Source: a bacterium
GTDB taxonomy: Bacteria > JADJOY01
DNA length: 64,000 bases
Direction: 5' to 3'
Assembly (NCBI GenBank): GCA_046331705.1
Contig: JAXLQJ010000027.1
Location: 1-64,000 of the forward strand
In this document: positions 62,801 through 64,000 of the stretch, piece by piece
How the letters are laid out: each line of letters opens with the position of its first letter
Numbering within the stretch: position 1 is the stretch's first letter
Notes under the pieces: generated by a model
What the model saw: the letters and a program-made list of their open reading frames with translations, nothing else
What the model was told of the DNA's origin: nothing
Databases searched by the model: none
Made by a program: the position numbers and the translations under genes

Positions 62801-63025
62801 ATGACCACCGCCCAGACATCGTCGTCCACGACCGAGCTTCCGCTCGAGGAGATCGTGCGGGCGGTTCGCCAGATCCGCTTCGGCTCGGTCGAGATCGTGA
62901 TCCACGACTCGCGCATCGTGCAGATCGAGCGTCGCGAGAAGGTCCGCTTCGACAAGGCCGCCGGCGGAAACGGCCACAGCGGTTCACATCTCTCCCACGA
63001 CGCGTCCTCGCGCGCCGAGCGTTGA
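62801..63025 (+). CDS. YezD family protein (DUF2292 / OscA-like)
   Basis: EEIVRAVRQIRFGSVEIVIHDSRIVQIERREKVRF; AGGAG RBS. Confidence 0.88.
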   Translation: MTTAQTSSSTTELPLEEIVRAVRQIRFGSVEIVIHDSRIVQIERREKVRFDKAAGGNGHSGSHLSHDASSRAER

Positions 63026-63070
63026 GCCGCGACTTTCTGCTCCGTCCCCGACCCAGCCGAACCCAACCCT

Positions 63071-63164
63071 GACCCACCAGACGACTGGCGGTCCGCACCG
63101 TGAAACCCCACGCATCGGCGCGCTTCGTGCCGACTCGATCGGTGCCTACCGGATCTCCGGCGGC
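63071..63164 (+). ncRNA. candidate cis-regulatory RNA: two copies of a bulged hairpin
   Basis: GACC-CA-CCAG-ACGA-CTGG-C-GGTC (63071-63093) and GCC-TA-CCGG-ATCT-CCGG-C-GGC (63144-63164). Confidence 0.55.
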
Positions 63165-63189
63165 CGCCCACCGAAGGAGATCCCGTCTG

Positions 63190-64000
63190 ATGGCCACCTC
63201 ACGATTTTCGCAACGCTCGGCGCTCGCGGCGCTGGTGCTGACGATCGCGGCGCCCGCATTCGCCGGACCCCCCACCGCAGCCTCGACGCCCACCGCTCCC
63301 GCGGCGGCTCCCGCATCCACGGACCCCACCGCTCAGAAGCTGCAAGAGCTCGATCAGAAGGTGAAGGTGCTGGAGCGGCTTCGCGAGATCGACAAGGAGA
63401 CGGCCGACGCCAAGAAGGCGGAGGCGGTCACGGTCACGGCGAATCCCAAGGACGGGTTCTCGATCAAGAACGCCGACGGCACCTTCGTCCTCAAGCTCAC
63501 CGGCTTGGTGCAGACGGACGTGCGCAACTTCTTCGACGACACCACGGCGAAGCTCCCCACCCAGTTCCTGGTGCGGCGGGCGCGGCCGATCATCGAGGGC
63601 ACGGTCTACAAGTACTTCGAGTTCCGGCTTGTGCCCGATTTCGGCGGCGGCGCGGCGGTGATCCAGGATGCCTACGCCGACGTCAAGCTGATCCCAGAGC
63701 TCGCGCTGCGCACCGGCAAGTTCAAGGCACCGGTGGGCCTCGAGCGTCTCCAGTCCGACTCGTTCACGTTCTTCATCGAGCCGGGTCTGCCGACGGCGCT
63801 GGTGCCGAACCGAGACGTGGGCGCCCAGCTCTTCGGTGACATCGGCAACGGCGTGCTCACCTATCAGGTCGGTGTGTTCAACGGCGTCGCCGACGGCGCC
63901 AGCGGCGATCTGGACACCTTCGACGACAAGGACATCGACGCGCGGATCTACGCAGCGCCCTTCAAGACGACCGACGTGGACGCGCTGGTGGATCTCAACA
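63190..64000 (+). CDS. OprO/OprP-family anion-selective porin (3'-truncated)
   Basis: Not in the ORF track. GAAGGAG RBS; MATSRFSQ...APAFA signal; LDQKVKVLER coiled coil; FLVRRARPIIEGT, PDFGGG, GKFKAPVGLERLQS, LVPNRDVG. Confidence 0.88.
   Translation, partial: MATSRFSQRSALAALVLTIAAPAFAGPPTAASTPTAPAAAPASTDPTAQKLQELDQKVKVLERLREIDKETADAKKAEAVTVTANPKDGFSIKNADGTFVLKLTGLVQTDVRNFFDDTTAKLPTQFLVRRARPIIEGTVYKYFEFRLVPDFGGGAAVIQDAYADVKLIPELALRTGKFKAPVGLERLQSDSFTFFIEPGLPTALVPNRDVGAQLFGDIGNGVLTYQVGVFNGVADGASGDLDTFDDKDIDARIYAAPFKTTDVDALVDLN

Overview
High-GC bacterial scaffold, probably from a metagenome assembly, with one 103-N gap at 37214-37316. It comes from a diderm organism (Myxococcota/deltaproteobacteria-like or Acidobacteriota-like; taxonomy is only inferred). 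It holds about 50 CDS. Housekeeping and metabolic genes include queG, an ABC-F ATPase, leuCD, a thiolase, bolA, a CPA2 antiporter and tRNA-Thr(CGT). Other blocks are a YciI + ECF sigma pair, two tandem atypical Hsp70 paralogs followed by a HEAT-repeat protein, and a more AT-rich islet (~15.7-22.4 kb) with a 1560-aa multi-propeller secreted protein, a Gly-rich repeat protein and a hemopexin remnant. There is also an intact IS701-family element with IRs and a CTAA duplication, a DUF4129/DUF4350/MoxR/DUF58 operon whose usual RDD/SpoIIM partners lie 8 kb away, many secreted lipoproteins, and a dispanin/DUF2752/zinc-ribbon-pilin trio. At the right end, a sigma-54 activator faces a sigma-54 promoter, a yezD-like gene, a tandem covarying RNA hairpin motif and an OprO/OprP-type porin. 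The best novelty candidates are the yezD-linked tandem RNA element and the linker-degenerate Hsp70 pair. Family calls come from motif recognition only; no searches were run.
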